Positions 45,297 to 52,638 of a stretch of 64,000 nt of DNA are shown piece by piece. The DNA comes from a virus. The notes under the pieces were generated by a model. The model was not told the DNA's origin. It searched no databases and saw only the letters and a list, made by a program, of their open reading frames with translations. The stretch lies in IMG/VR virus record IMGVR_UViG_3300020193_000003, one strand, 5' to 3'. The translations under genes were made by a program, and so were the position numbers. Position 1 is the first letter of the stretch, and each line of letters opens with the position of its first letter.

Positions 45297-46419
45297 CGCT
45301 TTCCTCTGCGTTCTCCCTCTTCGCTATTCCGAAGGCTTTCGTGCCCGGTCCCATCGGCGTCGGGGAGGCGGCGGTGAACTCGTTCAGCAACAAGGTCCGA
45401 ATCAACCAGTGGATCGGGTAGCTCTTCGGGTCGTTTCGCATCTTCATCCTGAACTTCGCGCAGAACGCCTTTGCGTAGTGACGGTCCGACTCGCTCATCA
45501 TGTGATCGTCTATGCACGCCTTCACCCCGTCCCAACCGTAGCGGGCGTAGCCCATGATCAGCTTCTCGACGTCGTAGTCGGCCCACAGCCTCCGCTGGGC
45601 GTCGATCATCGGCCAAACCCTCTGCAGCTGGTCGAAGAAGAACGGTTCGGTGACCATGAGATCGCCCATCCTCCTCGCCGCCACGCAGTACAGGGGTATG
45701 CCGACCCTCGTGTTCGATCCGGTCATCGCGGCGACGTCGTAGTACTCGCAGTACTCCGCGCCGTGCTCCTCGGCGACGAACCTGAGCACGTCGTCGCTCG
45801 TCCAGTCGTAGATTATCTTCGCAAACCTCAGCGGGAGGTTCCTGGGCGCCTTGTACGGTGCGACGATGTAGTTCTCGTGAAGCTTCTGGACGAGGGACCT
45901 GTACCTGACCATGGATTCGTTCGCCCTCACGCCCGTCAGGAAGGCCGTCCTCCCCTTCTTGCCCTGCATGGTCCAATAGTCGGTGTCCCCCATATCCTTG
46001 TCCCTGCTTAGCCCGAACGATTCCGCGTTTATGGCGAATTTCGGCATCGGCCTGACGAGACGACCCTCCTTCTCCCTCAATCCGGACCAGGTCATCTCGG
46101 TCGTTCTCTTGCCCATTGACCACACCTCAACCCCGACGGAGAGGCAGTACCACTCCATCTCTACCCAGTCATAGTTCCTGACCTTCTCCACGAAATCTAT
46201 GACCATCGGACTGACCATCTCCTCGTCCCTGAATATCGCCCTGACGGGACCGAGACCGCGCTCCTCGTGCAACTCCTTGGCGAGGTGGAGCACGGCCGTC
46301 GAGTCCTTGCCCCCGGAGAACTGCACGCAGACCGTGTCGAACGTGTCGTAGACGTGCCTGATCCTCTTTCTCGCCGCGTCCACGCATGTCATGTCAAGGT
46401 AGAGGCGCTTGCGCGGCAT
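45289..46419 (-). CDS. PAPS-reductase/PP-loop family protein (IbrA/DndC-like)
   Basis: AARKRI..VYD.FD..CVQFSGGKDS, GVRANES..R, IYDW...DV; start reassigned to MPRKRLY. Confidence 0.85.
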   Translation of the reverse strand: MPRKRLYLDMTCVDAARKRIRHVYDTFDTVCVQFSGGKDSTAVLHLAKELHEERGLGPVRAIFRDEEMVSPMVIDFVEKVRNYDWVEMEWYCLSVGVEVWSMGKRTTEMTWSGLREKEGRLVRPMPKFAINAESFGLSRDKDMGDTDYWTMQGKKGRTAFLTGVRANESMVRYRSLVQKLHENYIVAPYKAPRNLPLRFAKIIYDWTSDDVLRFVAEEHGAEYCEYYDVAAMTGSNTRVGIPLYCVAARRMGDLMVTEPFFFDQLQRVWPMIDAQRRLWADYDVEKLIMGYARYGWDGVKACIDDHMMSESDRHYAKAFCAKFRMKMRNDPKSYPIHWLIRTLLLNEFTAASPTPMGPGTKAFGIAKRENAEESDE

Positions 46420-47216
46420 CAGAACTCCGCGTTCGTGCTTATGAAGTCGATCAGCTTGGATGCCGTGGTCTCGCCGACGTATGCGGGGTCGTTCCTCAGG
46501 TACCTGATGAAGTCGTACCATCTCTTTTGTTGCACGGCGTCGTCGAACACGAGCGTGTACTGCACTATCGCCCTCTCCCCGCCCCTGACGCCGACCGCCG
46601 TGCTTCCCCTCGTGATCGCCTCCTCCTTGTCAACCGAGTCCGTCGCGATGTAGTCGATTTCGTCATTTTCGTTTTTCGTCTCGACGATCCGTTCGTCGTC
46701 TGCGGTCTGGAACGGGTTGACTATCACCGCCGGCGTGTACCCGCCCCGGTTGTCGTTCCTTTCGTTGGTGATGATGTCCATGTTTATGGAGGCGACCTCG
46801 AACTCGTCCCAGCCGAGACCGAGAAGCAGGTCCGGATAGTCCGAGGAGATCTCCGATATGAGGTCGAGCACGACCTGCTGGTCGGTGTTTCCCAACTCCG
46901 TCGTCCTGTTGTCGGCGAGGGCGAACGCATGACCGCGACTTTCGTCGACGTCGTAAACGATCGCCGCCATTTTTTTCCATCCCAGCTTCTTGGCGGCGAT
47001 CAGCTGGTGATTGCCGGCTATCACCGAGTACTTTCCGTCCCCGGCGGGCATGACGACTATCGGCTTTATTTGTCCGAACTCCTTGTAGGAGGCGACGATT
47101 GACTCGATGTTGCCGATGCGTGGGTTCTTCTCCATCGGCCTGAGCAGGTCGATGCTGACGGCGAGCCCAGCGAGGGAGGGGTGGATGTTCCCGTCGTCGT
47201 TGTTTTCGTCGTTCAC
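46419..47216 (-). CDS. ParB N-terminal domain protein
   Basis: NPRIGN..SI..S..EFGQ.KPIVV, VIAGNH, ALADNRT. Confidence 0.85.
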   Translation of the reverse strand: MNDENNDDGNIHPSLAGLAVSIDLLRPMEKNPRIGNIESIVASYKEFGQIKPIVVMPAGDGKYSVIAGNHQLIAAKKLGWKKMAAIVYDVDESRGHAFALADNRTTELGNTDQQVVLDLISEISSDYPDLLLGLGWDEFEVASINMDIITNERNDNRGGYTPAVIVNPFQTADDERIVETKNENDEIDYIATDSVDKEEAITRGSTAVGVRGGERAIVQYTLVFDDAVQQKRWYDFIRYLRNDPAYVGETTASKLIDFISTNAEF

Positions 47217-47551
47217 ACTTGTGCCCTGACGTTTGCGTTCAGCGTCCTGAGCGCGTCGATTGAGGTTCTCAGCGACAGCAGCTTCTCCCTCTTCGCCTTG
47301 ACGAGGGCCTCGGAGATCTTGTAGTCGTAGTTCTCGTCGTTCATCTGGTAGTCGGCCCAGGCCTCGCGCTCCTTGATGGAACCCTTGGCGGCGAGGTACG
47401 ACTTCGCCCAGTTCGCCTTGTACTTGGCCTCCTTCTTTGCGGAGTCCATGGAGAGCGTCTCAAAGGCCTCGGTCTCGCCCTCGAGGAGTTCCATCAGACG
47501 AAGGAGTTCCTCCTCAACTTCAACCTGGCTAATCGGAGTACTGCGAGTCAC
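47213..47551 (-). CDS. Coiled-coil hypothetical protein (UvsY-like appearance)
   Basis: Helical; LRT.IDALRTLNANVR C-terminus. Confidence 0.6.
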   Translation of the reverse strand: MTRSTPISQVEVEEELLRLMELLEGETEAFETLSMDSAKKEAKYKANWAKSYLAAKGSIKEREAWADYQMNDENYDYKISEALVKAKREKLLSLRTSIDALRTLNANVRAQV

Positions 47552-48089
47552 TGCACCTTCCTTCGTAGTTGTCAACGGGCGACCAGTCGACCCCGTCGGC
47601 GACGGCTCGGCTTGCCTCGGGCCAATCGTACCTTGCTTCGCCGTGCCTAATCAATGCCATTTCCTCCAGTATCCATGCGTCGCACATGTCGTCGGCGCCG
47701 GGACCGGCCCACGCAATCCCCGTCCTGGCTGAGACGGCGGAAACGACCTCGCTCTTTGAGGAGTTGCCCTTTCCCGTGGCGAATTTGGCCCTCGTCGTCG
47801 GCGCCACCTCAACGAAAGGTATGTTGGCGGAGCAGAGGACGTACCTCACTACCCCGCCGAGCTCGCCGATTGAGAACGCCTGGCCCGAACGGGCGGCGAA
47901 CGCGTAGCCTTCCAGGACGACGGCGGTCACGCGGTGAAAGCGGACGAGCTCCATCACGGTGGTTGATATGTCGATGAGCCTCTGCGTGCCTCTGCTCTTC
48001 GGGATTATTGCGCCCCGGGAATCTCGCACCGACCACCCCGTGGACGAGAGGGACAAATCCAGCCCCATGAACATTTTTTCTTTTGCCAC
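47529..48089 (-). CDS. ruvC: RuvC-like Holliday junction resolvase
   Basis: GLDLSLSSTG, VVLEGY, GELGGVV, P.T..KFATGKGN..K, DDMCDA. Confidence 0.88.
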   Translation of the reverse strand: MAKEKMFMGLDLSLSSTGWSVRDSRGAIIPKSRGTQRLIDISTTVMELVRFHRVTAVVLEGYAFAARSGQAFSIGELGGVVRYVLCSANIPFVEVAPTTRAKFATGKGNSSKSEVVSAVSARTGIAWAGPGADDMCDAWILEEMALIRHGEARYDWPEASRAVADGVDWSPVDNYEGRCSDSQYSD

Positions 48090-48095
48090 GAACGA

Positions 48096-48101
48096 AAACT
48101 A
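48096..48101 (-). promoter_or_regulatory. -10 box TAGTTT 6 nt upstream of ruvC GTG (leaderless)
   Basis: Minus strand cggTAGTTTtcgttcGTG. Confidence 0.45.
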
Positions 48102-48117
48102 CCGCGCTTGGCGGGCT

Positions 48118-48219
48118 GCCCCCGGGGCCTTCCCCAGGGGCACGGCGCCCGATGGGGGCCTAACCCGTCGCGGATTTAACCGCCAGAACGGATCACCCCC
48201 TCCCCTTGTCGAGTTACCT
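48118..48219 (-). ncRNA. Candidate ~100-nt structured ncRNA
   Basis: TACAAT box at 48231-48226; long stem GGGGG-TGATCCGT...GCGG-TTAAAT-CCGC...ACGGGTTA-GG-CCCCC; 3' GC hairpin GCCCCTGGGG-AAGG-CCCCGGGGGC. Confidence 0.5.
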
Positions 48220-48270
48220 GCCACGATTGTATCCTCATGGCTAATACTGAAAAGGGTAATAGTTATACGA

Positions 48271-48675
48271 TTACGTTTTTTTCCAGCCCTCAACGGAAAG
48301 ACCCAATTCAAAGGCTTTTTGCGGATATTTTCCGATTCTTTCATGACACGGCCTGCACACGGCCATGAGATTTTTCTCTTCGAGTATCGAGCCGCCCTGC
48401 GATCTGCGCACGAGCTCGTGGACGTCCTGCGCTGGTTTGCGGATGTACGTGACCCTGCCGTCATCCTTGGCGAACAAGGGGCACGCCTCGCACCATTTCC
48501 TCTCCGTCAGAATCCTTCGGACGACGGCCCGTCGCTCGACGTAAATCGACTCAGTTTTTTTGGAGCGACTCCTGAGTTTTGTTCTCTTCTTCGGGGGCGC
48601 CGAGTCTTTCGAACGCCCAGACTCCGTTGAGCGCTTTGTAGAGTGCTTCATCGGCTGGCGTCGTCTCAATGTCAT
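48271..48675 (-). CDS. HNH endonuclease-like protein
   Basis: CEAC...DVHE...RSQGG...NL.AVCRPCH. Confidence 0.8.
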   Translation of the reverse strand: MTLRRRQPMKHSTKRSTESGRSKDSAPPKKRTKLRSRSKKTESIYVERRAVVRRILTERKWCEACPLFAKDDGRVTYIRKPAQDVHELVRRSQGGSILEEKNLMAVCRPCHERIGKYPQKAFELGLSVEGWKKT

Positions 48676-49099
48676 ACCTCAAAAGATACATCCTGTGGGC
48701 CTCTATGGCGTCACGGCACATCTCGTAGAGATTCTCCCGGTCGGCGCCGGTCGCCTTTTGCAGCGAGATCATGCCGGCGACGTCGGAGACGCGCTTGACG
48801 ACGTAGAACTTGAAGCGATCGGCCTTGGCGATTTTGCTCTCGTAGTACATCTTCGCTTCCACCCCCAGCCTCACGCCGTCCTCGCCGAGACTCAGGTACC
48901 TCTTGTCGTCGGCGATCATGTCCTGCGTCAGGCCCTCGATCTGCCGGTTCAAATTATCCAGCAGGGCGTTGAGTGCCCTCATCCACCTGTCCAGGTTGTG
49001 CGACTGGCAAAGGAACTGCTTGTGCTCGTCCGACGCCTTGTTCTTGACTTCCTGCGCCACCATGTGCGCAAAGGCGTCGTCGCTTATGTAGTGGTTCAT
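48551..49099 (-). CDS. Hypothetical helical protein
   Basis: Start reassigned to MNHYISDD (ATGA overlap with the nuclease gene). Confidence 0.65.
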   Translation of the reverse strand: MNHYISDDAFAHMVAQEVKNKASDEHKQFLCQSHNLDRWMRALNALLDNLNRQIEGLTQDMIADDKRYLSLGEDGVRLGVEAKMYYESKIAKADRFKFYVVKRVSDVAGMISLQKATGADRENLYEMCRDAIEAHRMYLLRYDIETTPADEALYKALNGVWAFERLGAPEEENKTQESLQKN

Positions 49100-49884
49100 T
49101 TTTTTTCCTTCTTCCAATACTCGCATATCGTATCCTTGAAGAAGCACCAATTGCAAAGCTTCGTCGGTTTCGCCGGCCAGTTGTTGTCGTTGAACGACGC
49201 GACGATGGCGTCGTACGTCTCGGTTATGAGCCTGTGCACCTCGTCCAGTTTCGATTGGTCCACGAGCCTGATGAACCGCTTGCCGTCCCTGAGGTACAGG
49301 AGCTCCACCGAGCCGATCGGGCGCTCGGACACCCCCGAGAGGAGCGTCGCGTAGATCATCAGCTGTATGAACTTGTCGTCGACGTACGGCTCGCGCGGTG
49401 TCTTGCCGGTCTTGTAGTCGGATATGCGAACCATCCCATCGTCGACGAACCACCTGTCGATGAAGCCCTTCACCCTGACGCCACCCACCCTGCCGTCAAG
49501 CTCCGTTTCCACGCCGCCGACGGTTACGGCCGATGGTTGCTCGACCCTGAATATGTTCTCCAGGCACCACCACGCCGACCACCTGAATTTTTGCGCTTCC
49601 TTCTCGGGCACGACACCCCTTATCCGGTCCGCCCACTTTCCGTCGGACCACACGGACGTGCTGAGCGACCTCAACGATGTCGCGGTCCTCTGATCGGGGT
49701 CCAGCGACCCGTAGAACGACTCGAGGACGTCGTGGACGAAGTTCCCCAGCAGGGTCGCCTGCGTCGGGGGTTCCTGTATCTGGTTGACGCGGGAGTACTT
49801 GTACTTCAGCGGGCACTGCGAGTACGTCGCCAGCGAGGATGGCGAGACATACTCGGGTAGCTCGTATGGGAGCGGGTCCGACAT
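49096..49884 (-). CDS. PD-(D/E)xK RecB/Cas4-like exonuclease
   Basis: SPSS...CP, G..VH..LE, GFIDR, DYKTGK, QL.IY, CNWC....C. Confidence 0.9.
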   Translation of the reverse strand: MSDPLPYELPEYVSPSSLATYSQCPLKYKYSRVNQIQEPPTQATLLGNFVHDVLESFYGSLDPDQRTATSLRSLSTSVWSDGKWADRIRGVVPEKEAQKFRWSAWWCLENIFRVEQPSAVTVGGVETELDGRVGGVRVKGFIDRWFVDDGMVRISDYKTGKTPREPYVDDKFIQLMIYATLLSGVSERPIGSVELLYLRDGKRFIRLVDQSKLDEVHRLITETYDAIVASFNDNNWPAKPTKLCNWCFFKDTICEYWKKEKK

Positions 49885-49890
49885 GGGGCC

Positions 49891-50532
49891 CTACTCGGAC
49901 TTGATGCGATTCACCTCGGCGATGATGAACTCAAGGTCCTCCACCGACACCGAGTCGATCGATTTCGGCACGGGCTCCCCCTTCGTCCGCTCGTTCCAAC
50001 GCTCACGCATCTTGTTCTTTTGGTCCGGCTCGAGACCCTTGGCCAGCGACACGAACGTGTTCCACAGCGAGACCTTGCCGTCCTGGACCGACTCGGCCTC
50101 GAGGTGTTGCTCGATCTCTATGGCGTCGTCGCTTCGGGCCAGGTACAGCCCGACGCCGAGAGTCTGTGCCGCCTTCTTCAGGGCGTCCGATATGGCGCCC
50201 TTGAACTCGTCACCGAGGTCGAGTATCTGGCCCTGCTTGGTTCGCTTGATCTTCTGCCCGCCGAAACCGTCGCGGGCGATCGGCTGGAAGTCCGTGACGA
50301 AGTACTCGATCCTGACGTGGGCCACGACGAAATCCGGGTCGGCGGCGTCGCGCTCGCAACGAACGATGGTGAAGGACCACTTGTCCACCCCGAGGACCCT
50401 GTTCAGCCTGTTGATCACCTCGCTGACGGGGATATAGGTGAGCGCCGTGCCGCCCTTGGTGACGGTCATCTCCATCTCCTGCGGGAAGTTCTCCGCAAGG
50501 GCGGTGTACAGATTGTTGCTTTGCCCGTTCAT
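49891..50532 (-). CDS. Rad52/22-family single-strand annealing protein
   Basis: LTYIP..EVI.RLN.VLG...W, KGA.SDALKKAA..LGVGLYL. Confidence 0.88.
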   Translation of the reverse strand: MNGQSNNLYTALAENFPQEMEMTVTKGGTALTYIPVSEVINRLNRVLGVDKWSFTIVRCERDAADPDFVVAHVRIEYFVTDFQPIARDGFGGQKIKRTKQGQILDLGDEFKGAISDALKKAAQTLGVGLYLARSDDAIEIEQHLEAESVQDGKVSLWNTFVSLAKGLEPDQKNKMRERWNERTKGEPVPKSIDSVSVEDLEFIIAEVNRIKSE

Positions 50533-51044
50533 TCCTTTGGCCTCCTGACGATGACGCTGGTTTTGCTTTCCTCGGACACCTCACAGTACTCGTCTGCGGT
50601 CACGCCGATCCCCGAGAGCGCCTTCACCCTCCAGTACGACGGCTGCAGGTACTTCAGCATTTCCCTGCCGACCGTTTCGGGCGTCGCCCCGACCTCGCCC
50701 GTGTCAAGGTCCGTAGAGAGTTGGACGATTCGCCTGGACACCACGTCGGCGAGCTCGTCGTGCTTCCATGACTTCCTGTCGTAGGAGGTCCTCTTCTCGA
50801 GCTTCGTGCCGTCGGCGAGGACGACCTCGGGGAGGTCGGCCATCTTTTCGGCGACTATCGCCACCGAGGAGTCGTACAGCACCGACACCTCGAGCTTGAG
50901 GCGGTTGAGCTCAGACAGGTCCGAGCACGCCGATTCGACGGTCACGGAATCGTTGGCCAGGCTCCTCGTCTCCGCGTCTATCGCCATCAGCCTGCTGATG
51001 ACCTCGTTCACGAGCGACGCAATCTTGCTGGTCTCGTTGGGCAT
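50529..51044 (-). CDS. Hypothetical protein
   Basis: RK.W.HD.L, YWRV.AL..IG...DEYC; operon packing. Confidence 0.65.
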   Translation of the reverse strand: MPNETSKIASLVNEVISRLMAIDAETRSLANDSVTVESACSDLSELNRLKLEVSVLYDSSVAIVAEKMADLPEVVLADGTKLEKRTSYDRKSWKHDELADVVSRRIVQLSTDLDTGEVGATPETVGREMLKYLQPSYWRVKALSGIGVTADEYCEVSEESKTSVIVRRPKE

Positions 51045-51070
51045 GTGTCACTTACTCCTCGCTACGTAGT

Positions 51071-52384
51071 TCACACGAGGATAGTGGCGGCTCTCCTAAA
51101 TGGCAAGCCCAAACCTGCCAGGAACATGTATGCGCCGACGGCGGAGTCAACCTGGTCGTCGTGAACTTTGGCCTCGGGAAAGGACGAGAACTCGTCAAGC
51201 CAGTCGGTCATCCAGGGCGCCCTGATGACCCTGACGTTCCCGTTGGCGGCGGCGGCGGAGAACGGTCTCGCCCTCGTCACCTTGTCCCCGGTGGACCTTA
51301 TTCCGATGAAGTCGTACCCCGGAACGACGTACCTTGAGTACTGGTCGACGAGCGCCTTGCCAGAGGAACCCGGCTCCTGCTCCATTCGCACGGACACGGC
51401 GGGCCCGTCCTCGGAGGCGGTTTGCGCGACCAGCTGCTCAACCTTGTCGCCCTTCACCCTCGCCCTCTTCACGTCGAGCACGTAGGCGACCCCGTCCTCG
51501 AAGAGCATGAGGGTTCCGACCGTCCAGTCCGGGTCGGGGTTCGATGCGCTCGGCTCGGTCGCGGCCAAGTCCCAAAACCTCACGGCCCTCGCCGTCGGGC
51601 CCATCTTGGGGACCTCGCTGGAGTCGATCACCACGAACGACGTCCTGTCGAACATCGTTCCGAGCGTCGTCGCCCACCAGTCGCCCTCCTCCAGCCTTCT
51701 CCTCTGGAGCGGGTCCAGCGAGGCGAGCGCTATCCGGTAGGACTCGACGTCGATGCCGGGGTTGTCCGTCAGCTTCGAGGGCACGAAGACCCTCCCCGAA
51801 TCCGTTCCCTCGACGATGAACCTCTGTCTCACCCAGTTGGGGGCGGGGTTGGAGGCCGCCCTCATCCTCAACGGCACCAGGGAGAGGGGGCCCGTCGACG
51901 GTCTCCTGAGGCGGGAGAACAGGTAGCGATAGTCGTTCTCCCTTATCTCGGTGGCCTCGTCCATGCCGATGAACTGGAACTCGGAGCCCTTGTACCTGAG
52001 GTAGTCGTTCTGGTTGTTGAGGTATCCGAACGATATTCTCGCCCCCGACGGGAAGGTGGCCACGTAGGTGTTGCTGTTCCAGTGCACGTTCTCGTGCACG
52101 GCTATCCAGCCACGGAACCTGTCCATGAGCGCCCCGGGCAACGCCAGGTCGGCGAAGGTGCGCCTGAACAGGATCGCCGAATAGCCGGGCACATCGAGGT
52201 ACTGCATGGCCGCCATGAGCAGGGCGGACGATTTTCCACCTCCCGCGGCGCCCCCGAAGAGGCCCTCAAGGCAGTTCGTCCTGAGAAAAACCTTCTGCGT
52301 CAACGAAGGCTCCTCTGGGCAAAACATGGGTTTTTTCGGCTGGAGCCACTCCAGCACCTTCTCCCAATCGACTTCTTCCATCAT
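51071..52384 (-). CDS. terL: Terminase large subunit
   Basis: GGAAGGGKS Walker A, FIGMDE Walker B, ASNP, WDLA, HDDQVD nuclease motifs. Confidence 0.93.
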   Translation of the reverse strand: MMEEVDWEKVLEWLQPKKPMFCPEEPSLTQKVFLRTNCLEGLFGGAAGGGKSSALLMAAMQYLDVPGYSAILFRRTFADLALPGALMDRFRGWIAVHENVHWNSNTYVATFPSGARISFGYLNNQNDYLRYKGSEFQFIGMDEATEIRENDYRYLFSRLRRPSTGPLSLVPLRMRAASNPAPNWVRQRFIVEGTDSGRVFVPSKLTDNPGIDVESYRIALASLDPLQRRRLEEGDWWATTLGTMFDRTSFVVIDSSEVPKMGPTARAVRFWDLAATEPSASNPDPDWTVGTLMLFEDGVAYVLDVKRARVKGDKVEQLVAQTASEDGPAVSVRMEQEPGSSGKALVDQYSRYVVPGYDFIGIRSTGDKVTRARPFSAAAANGNVRVIRAPWMTDWLDEFSSFPEAKVHDDQVDSAVGAYMFLAGLGLPFRRAATILV

Positions 52385-52449
52385 CGCTCCGAGCTTGTCC
52401 GGGTACTACATTATAGGTGTCGGCACAAATTCCAGGACGTAAATCCGCC

Positions 52450-52629
52450 ATGAACAAATTCCAAATAGCTCTCCAGAGGATAGCCACGAGACAATCAGTC
52501 GCTAACTTGCTGATGTCTTCATTTATACTGTTTACGGCAATAGGAACCTTCTTGATCAACCCACCGCTCGGCTTCATCGTATTCGGGGTCACTGCGGGGG
52601 CGGTCGGCTATCTGCTCGGCAAGGAGTAA
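52450..52629 (+). CDS. Small membrane protein upstream of the portal
   Basis: Two hydrophobic segments. Confidence 0.6.
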   Translation: MNKFQIALQRIATRQSVANLLMSSFILFTAIGTFLINPPLGFIVFGVTAGAVGYLLGKE

Positions 52630-52638
52630 TCATAGAAA

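Noticed and set aside
48154-48200. tRNA gene
   Set aside because: Only a T-loop-like hairpin; no D-arm, anticodon arm or acceptor stem. Kept as a candidate ncRNA instead.
48099-48464. 121-aa minus-strand ORF and 47959-48630 plus-strand ORF across the ncRNA candidate
   Set aside because: They overlap HNH/ruvC in other frames and show no recognisable protein features.
49096-49884. Cas4 as part of a CRISPR-Cas system
   Set aside because: No array or other cas genes; it sits beside a Rad52-like annealase as a typical recombination pair.
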